The translations under genes and the position numbers were made by a program. Positions 1-13,437 of a DNA stretch of 64,000 nt are shown here, piece by piece; the first letter of the stretch is position 1, and each line of letters opens with the position of its first letter. The notes below the pieces were generated by a model. The model was not told the origin of the DNA and ran no database searches. It worked only from the letters and a program-made list of their open reading frames with translations. Source of the DNA: Octopus sinensis (Eukaryota); NCBI RefSeq assembly GCF_006345805.1, contig NC_043007.1, forward strand, positions 32,798,001 to 32,862,000, given 5' to 3'.

Positions 1-35
1 CCTGTTGTGCACATGCACACACTCATTCATCCATG

Positions 36-38
<3 letters not shown>

Positions 39-120
<82 letters not shown>
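39..120. repeat. (CA)n microsatellite
   Basis: Direct reading. Other CA/TG/TA tracts lie at about 7990-8375, 14940-15375, 40325-40382 and 40820-41060. Confidence 0.97.
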
Positions 121-714
121 TCATTGGGCTTTCTCAGTTTTCTTCTACGAAATTGAACCACAAGGCATTGGTCAATCCAGGGCTGTAGTGGAAGACACTT
201 GCCCGAGGGGTGCCATGCACAGTGCGACTGCTGATAGAAATAAGTGAAAAAAGAAAGAGAAAATGAAATAAATAAAAATAGCAAAACAGCTTGTAATTCA
301 TGATTGATAAGTTGGTGGGAACAGCCTGATCTATTTTCACTTAAATAAAGGTAACAGGCTTGGATATACAAAAAAAAAAAAAAAAATAATAATAATAATA
401 ATAGATAAAACAGCACTTGATTCTCAAGTCATGGCTTTATCAATAACAAATCAACATGATGTTCCCCGTATTCATACTGCACACACACATACATATACGC
501 AGAGCAGCTTTCCATGCCGTTTTTGCTTATATAGCAGAATACAAGCTCTAAATCTTCAACACGTATACATACAAACATGACTATCATACAAAACACACAC
601 ACACACACACATACACACACACATACACACACGGTTCAAGGTTGTTCTAAATACATCATGGGAACTGATGATAGCTACAACTGTTATTCAGGCATTTTCT
701 CACAATCATTCACA

Positions 715-754
<40 letters not shown>

Positions 755-1604
755 ATTCACACACACACACACAACTGGAGTCAAGTGCTCAAAATAATAA
801 TCAAACTGAGAGCTGCATAATAAACATCAGAGGACCACATCTGAACAAGACCTAACTGTTATGGTCAACTAAACTATCCAGAGGGTGTCCCTCAGTATCA
901 AAGGTGACGAACTGAGCAGTTGTTCAGTTCTAATAAACACTAGATTACAATACCCATTTTAAGTTTCTGTCCATCAGATCTTCTACCCTTCTCTCCCACC
1001 CTTCCCTATTCATCTCCTCTCCCCTTCACCGTTCCCTCTCTCTTACTCCTCCTCCTCCTCCTCGGCTCTCTCATCACTGACATGTGATCAGAGGGAAGCC
1101 ATCTTTCCAACTGCTATCTTCACCAAGACCAGACCAGCTTATCCTGTCTCTCTCATAAGCTGTCTCCTTAAACGTTCAGAATAATTCTTCCATCATCTTG
1201 GCTTAACCACCCTCATCATTTGTTTTTACTGTTATTCTCTTTGTTCTGTCTTTTACTGTTTCTACCGTCTTGTTTTGTTCTTATTACCATTTTTACCCCT
1301 TCGCAAAAAATCCCTAATTTTATTTAATTTGCTTTGCGGGAAGGACTGTTTCAACGAAGTCGCGTCTTGTCCTTACCATTGAAACGCGGGGTAGCTGAAA
1401 CAGGGGCAACTGAAGAAGGGGAATATTCCTTGTGTTGTATGTCTTGTACTCTGTTTTTTTCGCTGTTTGAAAAAAAGTTCGTTTCCATGTGTTTGTTTTT
1501 ATGATTTTGTTTCTCATTGTGTTCAACGTTTTTTTTTTGATGTCCTGTACCCATATATGCCTGTATATATACATATATAGGTAGGTATGTACATATAAGT
1601 ATGA

Positions 1605-1972
1605 GGCGCAGGAGTGGCTGTGTGGTAAGTAGCTTGCTAACCAACCACATGGTTCCGGGTTCAGTCCCACTGCGTGGCATCTTGGGCAAGTGTCTTCTGC
1701 TATAGCCCCGGGCCGACCAATGCCTTGTGAGTGGATTTGGTAGATGGAAACTGAAAGAAGCCTGTCGTATATATGTATATATATATGTGTGTGTGCGTAT
1801 GTGTTTGTGTGCCTGTGTTTGTCCTCCTAGCATTGCTTGACAACCGATGCTGGTGTGTTTACGTCCCCGTCACTTAGTGGTTCGGTAAAAGAGACCGATA
1901 GAATAAGTACTAAAGGCGGTGCTCCAGCATGGCTGCAGTCTAATGACTGAAACAAGTAAAAGAGTAAAGAGA
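1605..1972 (+). mobile_element. tRNA-derived SINE family A, full length
   Basis: Head aggagtggctgtgtggtaag...ggttcagtccc (A/B-box-like), internal (TA/TG)n, tail gactgaaacaagtaaaagag. Other copies lie at about 5560-5898(-), 23823-24205(-), 39940-40325(-), 49136-49460(+), 61775-62025(+) and 62290-62695(-). Confidence 0.85.
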
Positions 1973-1992
1973 GTAATATATATGCATATATT

Positions 1993-2023
<31 letters not shown>

Positions 2024-2577
2024 CATACACACACACACGCAAAATGCTTAGCGGTATTTCGCCTGTCTTTACATTCTGAGTTCAAATTCCGCCAAGGTCG
2101 ACTTTGGCTTTCGTCCTTTTGGAGTTTGATAAATTAAGTACCAGTTGCATACTAGGGTTGATCTAATCGACTGTCCCCTCCCCCAAAATTTCGGGCCTTG
2201 TGCCTAGAGTAGAAAAGAATATACGCTCATACATATATATTACATAGAATGCTGATGTAACACAGCAATGCATTCAGAATGTCACAAGTTTGCCGAAGTT
2301 TGGTGAAAGAAGAGATTAATTTTTAATAGCAAAATCAAACAAAAAAACCCAAAAATCTTGCTGTTGAGGAAAAGTATAAATGCAAATAGGGTGGTGGTGG
2401 CAGCAGCGTGGAGGTGGTGGTGGGGGTGATGGAAAAATTGTTGATTTTGTCTTGATTTTTACTTTTTTATTTAAAAAAAAAAACAGCAAATAGCTGTTTT
2501 TTTAAAAATTTGTTTCAAAAGAAACGAACTTACTCTTGGAAGAAATGTCAACAGCAAGTCTTCTCAATCTGTCATGC

Positions 2578-3040
2578 TACCACCACCACCACCACCACCA
2601 CCACCACCACCACCACCACCACCACCACCACCTCTACCACTGCTGCTGCCACCACTACCACCACCACTGCTACCGCTACAACCATCACCATCACCACTGC
2701 CACCACCACCACCACCACTTCCACCACCACCACTTCCACCACCATCACCACCACCACCACCACCATCACCACCACCACCACCACCTCTACCACCACCTCT
2801 ACCACCACCACCTCTACCACCACCACCACCACCACCACCACCACCACCTCTACCACCACCACCACCACCACCACCACCACCACCACCACCACCTCTACCA
2901 CTGCTGCTGCCACCACTACCACCACCACTGCTACCGCTACAACCATCACCACCACCACATTCACCACCACCACTTCCACCACCATCACCGCCACCACCAC
3001 CACCACTACCACCAAATTCACCACCGCCAACACCACTAAT
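2578..3040. repeat. (CAC)n-based trinucleotide tract with an internal block duplication
   Basis: Imperfect CAC/CAT/TAC tract. The block ctctaccactgctgctgccaccactac...acaaccatcacc occurs at about 2632 and about 2893. A similar tract lies at 3440-3710. Confidence 0.95.
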
Positions 3041-3459
3041 ACCTCACTTATGCTCTTCATACCATCCATCATGATGTCACAGGTGTATTTCAGCCAAGTT
3101 TGTTTTAAAAAAACAGAAGAAGCAACTTAAAAAGCTGAAACAAACAGAGCCACCGGATAGACACTTCTTCCTCTTCTTCTCCTTCCTCTCCGCCGTCTCT
3201 CTCGTATCTGCCTACGTCTATCTTGTACTGTGTTGTGTTAATAGGGCAACAATGAAGACAACGACACTGCGGGCCATTAGGGCCACCACCGTCATCACGA
3301 CGATGACCACCACCATGGATACCTACCACCACCCCACTGCTGCTGCCACCGACACCACCACCACCATTGCCTGAACTTTTCAATTTAAAGGTCTAGCTTT
3401 AATCACAGATTGCATCACATTAAGGGAATGTGTGTGGAGTACTCAGCCACCACTGCCAT

Positions 3460-3495
<36 letters not shown>

Positions 3496-6400
3496 CACCA
3501 CCACCACCACCGCCACTATTACTACTATCACCACCACCACCACCGCCGCCGCCACTACTACTACTAACACCATCGCTACTACTACTACTACTACCACCAC
3601 CACTGCTGCTGCTACTACTACTACCACCACCACCACCATCGCAGTCACCACCACCGGCTCCACAACTGCTACTGCCTCCATGACGACCACCACTCCTGCT
3701 GCCACTGCTAAGGACTGGGGGGGGAGGGGCGGCTTTTACACAAACACTAAAAACAACAGCCAAACTACTTCTCAAATCACAGCATATCATCATCCCAAAA
3801 CAAGCAAAAAACAAAACAAAACGAAACAAAACTAAACAAAAGGCCCTAATCCAGTGATAAGCTGCTCCATTGATAATCATATGATGGAAACACTAATTAT
3901 CGTTAGGAGACAGAGAGTCATTAATGAGTTTGCGCAACCAGTAATGGAACAGCTTGGACTTAGTGGTTGTGAACGTAAAAAGTATTTAATTCAATCAATT
4001 TTATATCATAATCGTAAAGTACAAGTAGCGGTATTGTTGTTGTTGTTTAGATAAAGGTCACCCCTTTCTGAATCAAAGATATTCCAGCTGTGACCACCCT
4101 GTCAATTTTTTAATCATTGCGCATTAAGACTATATTATCTGAAGTGTCCTTCCCATTCACAAGGAAATAGAGTGTAATTTTTGAACAAGGTTCGCTACTA
4201 TTTCTAACAGGTCTTGTGACCGCATTGAGGACTATATTGTCTGTGCCCTTCCCTTTTCAAGATAGCTGTGGGTAATTTTGGAGCAAATTTCATTATTATT
4301 TCTAGCAGGTCTTGTGACCTCATTGAGGGCTATATAATCTGTGCCCTTCCCTTTCGAAGATAGCAGTGGGTAATTTTTGAACGTTTTTTTTAATGGCTGG
4401 ATGCCCTTCCTAGCACCAACCACCCCGCAGAATAGACCGGGTGCTTTTTATGTGAACACAGGTGAGGTCAGTTTTGGCATGGTTTTTACAGCTGGATGCC
4501 CTTCCAAATGCCAACCACTTAGCAATGTGGACTGGGTGCTTTTTATGTGGCATCTGCATTGGAAGAGTCACCAGGTAACTTGCAAGGCAAAGATCCTTTG
4601 AGAGAGGAGGGGACATTGGAGGAGGTGATTGTGTGTCAGATGATGAAAGGTTATAATGAGACAGAGAAACAGAAACAGGTGTCTTGCTGCAGGTACATGG
4701 TTCCAGTCACTGGACTGCAGCCATGCTGGAGCACTGTCTTGAAGTGTTTAGTTGAACAAAAAGACCCCAGTTTTTATTCTAAACTGCTAGGTTATGGTGG
4801 GGATGCAAACAAACCAACATTGGTTGTGAAATGTTTGTAGTGGAGACAAACACAAACACACATACATATATACAACTGGCTTTCACTGTTCCCATCTACC
4901 AAATTCATTCACAAGGTGCATTTGTTGGCTCAGGGCTGAAGTAGAAGATATATTCAGGGTACTGCACGATGGGACTGAACTCGAAACCACATGGTTGCAA
5001 AGCAAGCAGCTTAACCACACAGCCATGCCTGATGATGATGATGATGGTGACGATGGTGAATTTCGTCTGCTGTTACGTTCTGAGTTCAAATTCCGCCGAG
5101 TCGACTTTGCCTTTCATCCTTTCGGGGTCAATAAATTAAGTACCAGTTACGCACTGGGGTCGATGTAATCGACTTAATCCGTTTGTCTGTCCTTGTTTGC
5201 CCCCTCTATGTTTAGCCCCTTGTGGGTAATAAAGAAACAGATGGTGACGATGGTAATGATGACGACAACGACGATGACGATGATGATAATGACGATGACG
5301 ACTTGTCAGGAAGATAAAAATTGCTAGCTTTAATAACTGGCAATTAATAATAATTGATTAATTATCTCACTGCTGCGTAATGCTAAATGTTACACTGAAT
5401 AAGACCATCTGCCAATTCCTTACCAATAGATCCAGCTGTTGCCGGAATCCTCCTCTCTTCACCTGGCAACAGACTTGAGAGAAGACCTTTAAATAACATT
5501 CCGTATATGTGCAATACTTTTGATAAATGATGAGTCTATTTGTTTGTTTCTTTTGTTGTTGTTGAGCAAATCAACCCCAGGACTTATTCTTTGTAAGCCT
5601 AGTACTTATTCTATCGGTTTCTTTTTGCCGAACCGCTAAGTGACAAGGACATGAACACACCAGCATTGGTTGTCAAGCGATGTTGGGGGGACAAACACAG
5701 AAACACAAACACACACATACATATATACATATATACGACAGGCTTCTTTCAGTTTCCATCTACCAATTCCATTCACAAGGCTTTGGTCAGCTCGAGGCTA
5801 TAGTAGAAGACACTTGCCCAAGATGCCACGCAGTGGGACTGAACCCGGAACCATGTGGTTGGTAAGCAAGCTACTTACCACACAGCCACTCCTGCGCCTA
5901 TATTATTAAGGATTGTATAAAAAGATTGTTAAAATATTCTGTGCATTGTAGATAATATATAAGCAGTTTATTGCACAAATTTAACAACAAAATCTTATAT
6001 GGACCCTGGATAAGAACCACTGGTCTAGAATGTAGTGGAGCTATGACCCTTATCCTTTGATCTATCCAGCATGGGAGTCCCCCCCCCCAACTACCAGTGG
6101 TGCTATGCTAGCATAGCTCTCAGGGTCATTGAGGCACAAAAGCCACCATACCACAAGAAGGACTGGACCTTGAGGTGGCTGATCAAGCTTTCCAGTGATC
6201 GAAACCATTCCAGTCATGACCATCCCATCTTGTTTCTGGCATAATGTTTCTAGGACTACATTATTACTTCCACTCTTTTACTTTTACTAGCACAGTGTCT
6301 GTCAAAAAATTGAGGGAGTTTGTTTCAGGGTTATTAAACATCTACATCCGAACGTGGCCGATGCCAGTGCCACCTGACTGGCTCCTGTGCTGGAGGCACG

Positions 6401-9049
6401 TAAAAAGCACCAACTGATCATGGCCGATACCAATATACCAATAGCCCCTGACTGGCTCTTGCACCGGTGGCTCATAGAAAACACCATCCGAACTTGACCG
6501 ATGCCAGGCCCACCTGACTGGTTCCTGTGCTGGTGGCACATAAAAAGCGTCCACTACACTCTCAGAGTGGTTGGTATAAGGAAGGGCATCTGGCAGTAAA
6601 AACCTTGCCAGATTAGATTGGAGCCTGGTGTGACCTCCTGGCTTGCCAGCCCCCAGTCAAACCATCCAACCCATGCCAGCATGGAAAATGGACATTAAAT
6701 GATGATGATGATGATGACCTTCTGAACATGTCTTCCATTTAGGTCTTGAAATATTCATCTTGAATAAATGGGCTGTTAGAGTTTATTGAGTTTTTTCCTT
6801 AGTTACAAAGTTCTTTGTTAAAATATTCTATGCCATGTGTTTTCCTTTGTAACCTTTGTAATCCTCAACCTGTAATGTCCAAAGCAGGTCACAGGCTGGT
6901 TTGTTAGTTGAACTCTAAATGACATCAAATGACTTCGTTGTCTTTTATAGTCTATCCCTTGTTGGATTGTTTTGAAATATGAATCTCTGTTAAGTTTCTC
7001 CTCTTTCTCATTGTCCCACTCCCACCCTTTCTCTCTTTGTCATTTGAGACTCAAGTCAGGGTAATTTACACCTCATCCTGCCACTCATTTTCATTTTAAT
7101 TCTCCTACTGTCACTCACTGCCTTTCGACACTCTCCTACTTTCACACTGCTGCTTCAGCACAAGAAAACTAAAAAAGTAAAAGAAAAGAAAAAAAGTGAT
7201 ACATGACTTAGCTTTTTATATATATATTCTTTTCTACTCTTGGCACAAGGCCTGAAATTTTTGTGTAGGAGGCCAGTCAACTAGATTGACCCCAGTATGC
7301 AACTGGTACTTAATTTATTGACCCTGAAAGGATGAAAGGCAAAGTCGACCTTTGTGGTATCTGAACTCAGAACGTAAAGACAGACGAAATACCTATTTCT
7401 TTACTACCCACAAGGGGCTAAACACAGAAGGGACAAACAAGGACAGACATAGGTATTAAGTCGATTACATCAACCCCAGTTCATAACTAGTACTTAATTT
7501 ATCGACCCCCCCCAAAGGATGAACGGCAAAGTCGACCTCGGCGGAATTTGAACTCAGAACATAGCGGTAGATGAAATACTGCTAAGCATTTCGCCCGGCG
7601 TGCTAACGTCTCTGCCAACTTGCTGCCTTTTTTATGAGGAAATATTGTAGTATCTATGTTGAGAAATCTTGACATCTCACCAAGGTCAACTTTGCCTTTT
7701 GACTTTCTGGGGGATGTGCAGGGGGGGTGTCAGGCGGAGGGGGCCAATGGTGGGGGAGGTAAGTAGACAAGTCATGGCACCAGAGTTTTGTGACCTTGTG
7801 CTTGTCTAAGAAACTGTTGCAATTATTATTGTAATTGTTGTTGCTGCTGTTGTTGTTGTTGCCGTTTCATCTTCGACACACGTTGGTCCATGGATGAGAT
7901 ACAAATCTAGAAACAGGGGCTGCTCGTCTCAGTTTACAAAGCTGATAGGCAAAACAAAACTATTGCTTCAGTATGAAACACAGGCGTGGGTGTGTGTGTG
8001 TGTGTGCACATGTGTTTATGTTTTTGTGTGTGCTTATATTTGTGCATGTGTGTGTGCTTGTCTATATGGTTTTGTGTATGTGCTTATGAATATGTGTGTG
8101 TTTGTGTGTATATGCTTATGAATGTGTGTGTGTGTGTGTGCTTGTCATGTTTTTGTATGTGTTTATGCATGTATGTGTATATAAGTGGTTGTATGTGTGT
8201 GCTTATGCATGTGTGTGTGTATGTATGTGTGCTTATCGATATGTCTGTGTGTGTATGCATGTGTTTGTGTTTTTGCATGTGTGTGTTTGCGCACATGTGC
8301 TTATGCATGGGTGTGTGTGTGTTTTTGTGTGTGTGTGTATGCATTTTTGTTTTGTGTGTGTGTGTGTGTGTGCATGTGTTCTATTGTTATTTTACTGGTT
8401 TCAGTCATTAGTCTGTGGCCTAGCTGGAGCACTAACTTCAAAGTTTTGTAGTCAATCATAACAACCCCAACACTTATTTCATAGTTTGACAGTCACTTCA
8501 GCAATATCTGCCTGTCTGTCTGTCTGTCTCTGTATATATCATCATCATCATCATTATCACCATTTAACGTCCGTTTTCCATGCTGGCATGGGTTGGAGAC
8601 AGTCTGACTGAGGACTGGCAAGCCAGGAGGTCGCACCAGGCTCCAATCCGATCTGGCAAGGTGGATCTACAGCTGGATGCCCTTCCTAACGCCAACCACT
8701 TCGAGAGTGCAGTGGATGCTTTTTATGTGCCACCGGCACGGGAGCGAGTCGGGTGGGCCTGGCATTGATCACGTTTCGATGGTGTTTTTTGCATGCCACT
8801 GGCACGGGAACCAGTTGGGGCAGGGAGGCTGGTATTGAGCATATTCGGGGAGCCAGTCAGTCGGCACTGGCAAGAGACATTAAATGGTGATGACGATGAT
8901 GATGATAGGCTAAAATACATAAACAGATTTTTTTTGTTATCTTATGCACAAAGTGCACTTGAACTGAAGTGTGCAACAAGTTTAAAAAACAAAAGTTTAG
9001 GAACAACTGAACTGACTAGAAAAGCTATGTCAACACACAAAGCATGATG

Positions 9050-10070
9050 GGCCACAATTGTGGCTGTCAGGCACAGGTCGACAAGGCCACAATTGTGGCT
9101 GTCAGGCACAGGTTGACAAGGCCACGATTGTGGCTGTCAGGCACAGGTCGACAAGGCCACGATTGTGGCTGTCAGGCACAGGTCGACAAGGCCACGATTG
9201 TGGCTGTCAGGCACAGGTCGACAAGGCCACAATTGTGGCTGTCAGGCACAGGTCGACAAGGCCACAATTGTGGCTGTCAGGCACAGGTCGACAAGGCCAC
9301 GATTGTGACTGTCAGGCACAGGTCGACAAGGCCACGATTGTGGCTGTCAGGCACAGGTCGACAAGGCCACGATTGTGGCTGTCAGGCACAGGTCGACAAG
9401 GCCACGATTGTGGCTGTCAGGCACAGGTCGACAAGGTCACAATTGTGGCTGTCAGGCACAGGTCGACAAGGCCACAATTGTGGCTGTCAGGCACAGGTCG
9501 ACAAGGCACGATTGTGACTGTCAGGCACAGGTCGACAAGGCCCGATTGTGGTGTCAGGCACAGGTCGACAAGGCCACGATTGTGGCTGTCAGGCACAGGT
9601 CGACAAGGCCACGATTGTGGCTGTCAGGCACAGGTCGACAAGGCCACAATTGTGGCTGTCAGGCACAGGTTGACAAGGCCACGATTGTGACTGTCAGGCA
9701 CAGGTCGACAAGGCCACGATTGTGGCTGTCAGGCACAGGTCGACAAGGCCACGATTGTGGCTGTCAGGCACAGGTCGACAAGGCCACGATTGTGGCTGTC
9801 AGGCACAGGTCGACAAGGCCACAATTGTGGCTGTCAGGCACAGGTCGACAAGGCCACAATTGTGGCTGTCAGGCACAGGTCGACAAGGCCACAATTGTGG
9901 CTGTCAGGCACAGGTCGACAAGGCCACGATTGTGGCTGTCAGGCACAGGTCAACAAGGCCACAATTGTGGCTGTCAGGTACAGGTCGACAAGGCCACGAT
10001 TGTGGCTGTCAGGCACAGGTCAACAAGGCCACAATTGTGGCTGTCAGGTACAGGTCGACGGGCCACGATC
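9050..10070 (+). repeat. 35-bp minisatellite, about 29 copies
   Basis: Unit ggccac(g/a)attgtggctgtcaggcacaggtcgacaa with period 35 (9050, 9085, ...). There are no spacers, so it is not a CRISPR array. Confidence 0.97.
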
Positions 10071-10854
10071 ATGGCCCAGACAGATGCATTTAATTTATGG
10101 GTGTTTGTTGGGGTCTAATGTCCCTCAAACGCTCCGATACCCCCCCCCCGAATGCAAGAGGACTAATAGTTTAACTAATGACTTTTCAGTTGATCTAAAA
10201 CTTGCCACCATTATATACTAAGAAGGTATTTGAACTATTTTTTGTTTTTTATGTGTGCATGGTAATCTCATTTTCCTAAAATGTGTTCAGCAATCCCTGC
10301 TATGTAGGTACAAATCCCAGCACTTTATGGGTTAAAGACAAGATACATGTCAACAGTATTTTAGTAATTTTACAGAGGATTAATATTTCCATTATTGTGA
10401 AGAAAATTAGGTTAATCTGTTTCTTCTGGAGTTTAGACTAAAGATGTTAATCTGGCTTTGTTATTGTTGTTTAGCAACCCTGCTCCCTTAATTGGCAGGT
10501 TTGCCCTAATCAAGCAGTGATCATCTTTTCTTTTGGTATAATTATCACTTAGGTATCTAAACTGTCTTTTCCCCACTTTTTAACCCTTTATTTGTCCAAA
10601 GCACCTTCATAAGTTTGGCTAGTGTGCATGGGGGACTGCTGGTCTTCCATGAGCAAGCTAGCTTGGACTTGTGCCCCGGAGGGGAACTTTTTAGGTGCAA
10701 TCTCTAAGAGAAGGCACATGGCTTAGTGGTTAGTGTGTCAGGTTCACAATCAATAGGTAGTGAGTTTGATTCTTGGACTAGTCTGTGTGTTATGTTCTTG
10801 AGCAAGATACTTTATTTCACGTCGCTTCAGTTGTTCTCTGCACATTTTCAGTGT

Positions 10855-11085
10855 TATTTATTGCTCCCGAGCATCTGCCTCACACAAAAACTATCTTCCC
10901 AGTTAGCCTTCCTTTGATATTGCTGCACCTCTTATGTGTCCATAGCTTACACTGGGTACATCTTATAGAGTTTACACCTATGCCTTTTCTGCAGATCGAG
11001 CAGGGCCATCTACCTGAAGGGATTTGTGGTTTGCCTGCCTTCTTACTTATTAGGACTTTGGTTTTAGCTAGGTTGATTCTAATCA
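10855..11085 (-). mobile_element. RTE-type LINE fragment with Cys/His-rich insertion
   Basis: RINLAKTKVL followed by WPCSICRKGIGVNSIRCTQCKLWTHKRCSNIKGRL, i.e. a post-RT motif plus a PHD-like finger. Confidence 0.7.
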
Positions 11086-11574
11086 TACTAGCAGTAATAC
11101 CCATTGTTGATTGGATAATTACTTTTACTCTTTCTCAGGAGCCACATTCGAAGTATTATTATATATATAATTTACTCCTCCTGTATGTGTGTATTTTTAT
11201 AAGAGAGAAACATGTAATAACTGAACTAGAAAAAAGATTAATTTCATACATGAACTTCTGTTTGTTTATTATATGACAATAATAAGTGAGTTGTATGCAT
11301 GATTTTATTTATGATCGCCTTACTGGCACCTGTGCCGGTGGCATGAGTAAAAGATTTGAGCGAGGTTGTTGCCAGTACCGTCTGACTGGCACGTAAAAGC
11401 ACCCACTATACTCCCGGAGTGGTTGGCGTTAGGAAGGGCATCCAGCTGTAGAAACTCTGCAGCCATCTGGTTCAGACTGGAGCCTGGTGCAGCCTCCTGG
11501 CTTCCCAGATACCGGTCGAACCGTCCAATCCATGCTAGCACGGAAAACGGATGTTAAACGATGATGATGATGGT

Positions 11575-12838
11575 ATATATAAATTGAATTTAAGTTTGTT
11601 TGTTTGTTTGTTTGTCTGTCAGAATGAAAGTAAAGACAGCAAATCTGTAGGAGTAGTCTCACACTAGTTCAGCTTCAAAACTAAATATTTCAATTCTCCT
11701 TGGGATTCTGGCCTGTCAAGTTAAACAATAGCAATTAGGGGAGAGATATATAAGCAGCCATCTGGTTCACCAGCCTTCAGTCAATTGTCCAACCCATGCT
11801 AGCATGGAAAGCTAACGTTAAACGATGATGATGATGATGATGATGACTAATGGTAATTATATAATACACTTCATTTAAATAGGCCATTTACTCATTCTTG
11901 AATATAATGATAGTAATGGCAAATTAAGTTATTGAAGTATTCATGTTGCATTAAGAGTGAATATTTCTTTATAAACAATGTTTTTGCTCCCACATGTGAT
12001 GCCTTTACATGAAGTTGACCATGTGGAAAGCATGGTTCTTCAAGATGCAATCTAGCAACTTTTAGTGTTTGGCCTTGACTTTTTTTTTATTAATGCTCAT
12101 GGCAAAAGAAACATGGAAAGGAAAATGTAACCACTTAAACTGGAATCGAACATTTGATGGTATGATTGGTATGCAATGACAAGAATGACCGTGAAGTTTT
12201 GTACCTATTTTTGCATCTATTCCATTTACTGTTACTCGCACGTAAAAAGCACCCACTACACTCGGAGTGGTTGGCGTTAGGAAGGGCATCCGGCTGTAGA
12301 AACTCTGCCAGATCAAGATTGGAGCCTGGTGCAGCCATCTGGTTCGCCAGTCCTCAGTCAAAATCGTCCAACCCATGCTAGCATGGAAAGCGGACGTTAA
12401 ATGATGATGATGATGATGATGTAATAAGAAGGGGCCTCATGATATAGCTACGCCTTTGCAAAATTGTCCCCGCGACAAAGATTCAAAAAGGCTGTTAAAG
12501 TGGTATTCTTTGAATCTGAAACTTGATTTGCAGCCGTCTCAGCAGTGAAGTAAACCTTTTGACTATTTTCTAAATGCACAGAAAGCTGTTGAATGGCTGG
12601 GAGGGGTGGGGGCCTTTTGTGGATTGGGAATCCAAATACGCACCAGAAGGCCTCATTACTGCTTATATATCTCCCCTAATTAGTATTGTTTAACTTGACA
12701 GGCCATATTCCCAAGGAGAATTGAAATATTTAGTTTTGAAGCTGAACCAGTGTGAGACTACTCCTACAGACTTGCTGTCTTTACTTTCATTCTGACAGAC
12801 AAACAAACAAACAAACAGAAATTCAATTTATATATATA
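11575..12838. mobile_element. Probable non-autonomous TIR element with about 180-bp inverted arms and SINE insertions
   Basis: 11575-11757 is the reverse complement of 12660-12838 with few mismatches. The flanks are TA. Confidence 0.7.
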
Positions 12839-13171
12839 TACATACATACATACATACATACATACATCGTCGTTTACAACTGTTTTCCATGCTAGCATGG
12901 GTTGGACAGTTCAACTGGGGTCTGGGAAGCCAGGAGGCTGCACCAGGCTCCAGTCTGATCTGGCAGTGTTTCTACAGCTGGATGCCCTTCCTAATGCCAA
13001 CCACTCTGTGAGTGTAGTGGGTGCTTCTTACGTGCCACCGGCACAGGGGCCATAATCGGTTGGTGCTTTTATGTGTTACCGACATGGACGCCAGTCAGGT
13101 GGCGCTGGTATCTGCCACGTTTGGACAGTGTTTTTAACGTGTCACCGGCATATATATATATATATATATAT

Positions 13172-13437
13172 ATATTAATAGTTATGGCCAAGCTAACATG
13201 GCAGTCCAGAAAAATAGGACAAAAGCTGCCATTGATTAGCTCCAAGAGGCCATCGCCTCTAGCTAGCTATGTGACACACAAACCTGTGTCCATTATAACC
13301 TGTTCGAAGGTTATAATGGACACAGGTTTGTGTATCAAATAGCTAGCTAGAGGCGATGGCCTCTTGGAGCTAATCAATGGCAGCTTTTGTCCTATTTTTC
13401 TGGACTGCCATGTTAGCTTGGCCATAACTATTAATAT
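13172..13437. repeat. 266-bp near-perfect palindrome (fold-back element)
   Basis: 130-bp arms with 2 mismatches and a 6-nt loop (gttcga), next to (TA)n. Confidence 0.95.

Noticed and set aside
1400-1430. CTGAAGA/CTGATGA cores here and at about 55288 as additional hammerheads
   Set aside because: No downstream GAAA or stem II/III arrangement; these are truncated pLTR remnants at best.
2540-2574. Small minus-strand exon candidate (LRRLAVDISSK) before gtaagt
   Set aside because: The acceptor has no pyrimidine tract, and it cannot be joined in frame to other candidates.
2510-3880. Mucin-like poly-Thr, poly-Pro, poly-His and Gly-rich ORFs
   Set aside because: All frames on both strands are open because of CAC/TAC trinucleotide tracts. 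There is no convincing splice context or homology.
9044-10221. Long ORFs (123-247 aa) with a repeated LSGTGRQGHDCGCQAQVDKATIVAVRHRSTRPRLW peptide, and a CRISPR-like appearance
   Set aside because: The ORFs arise from a stop-poor 35-bp unit cycling through frames. There are no unique spacers and no cas genes, so it is a minisatellite.
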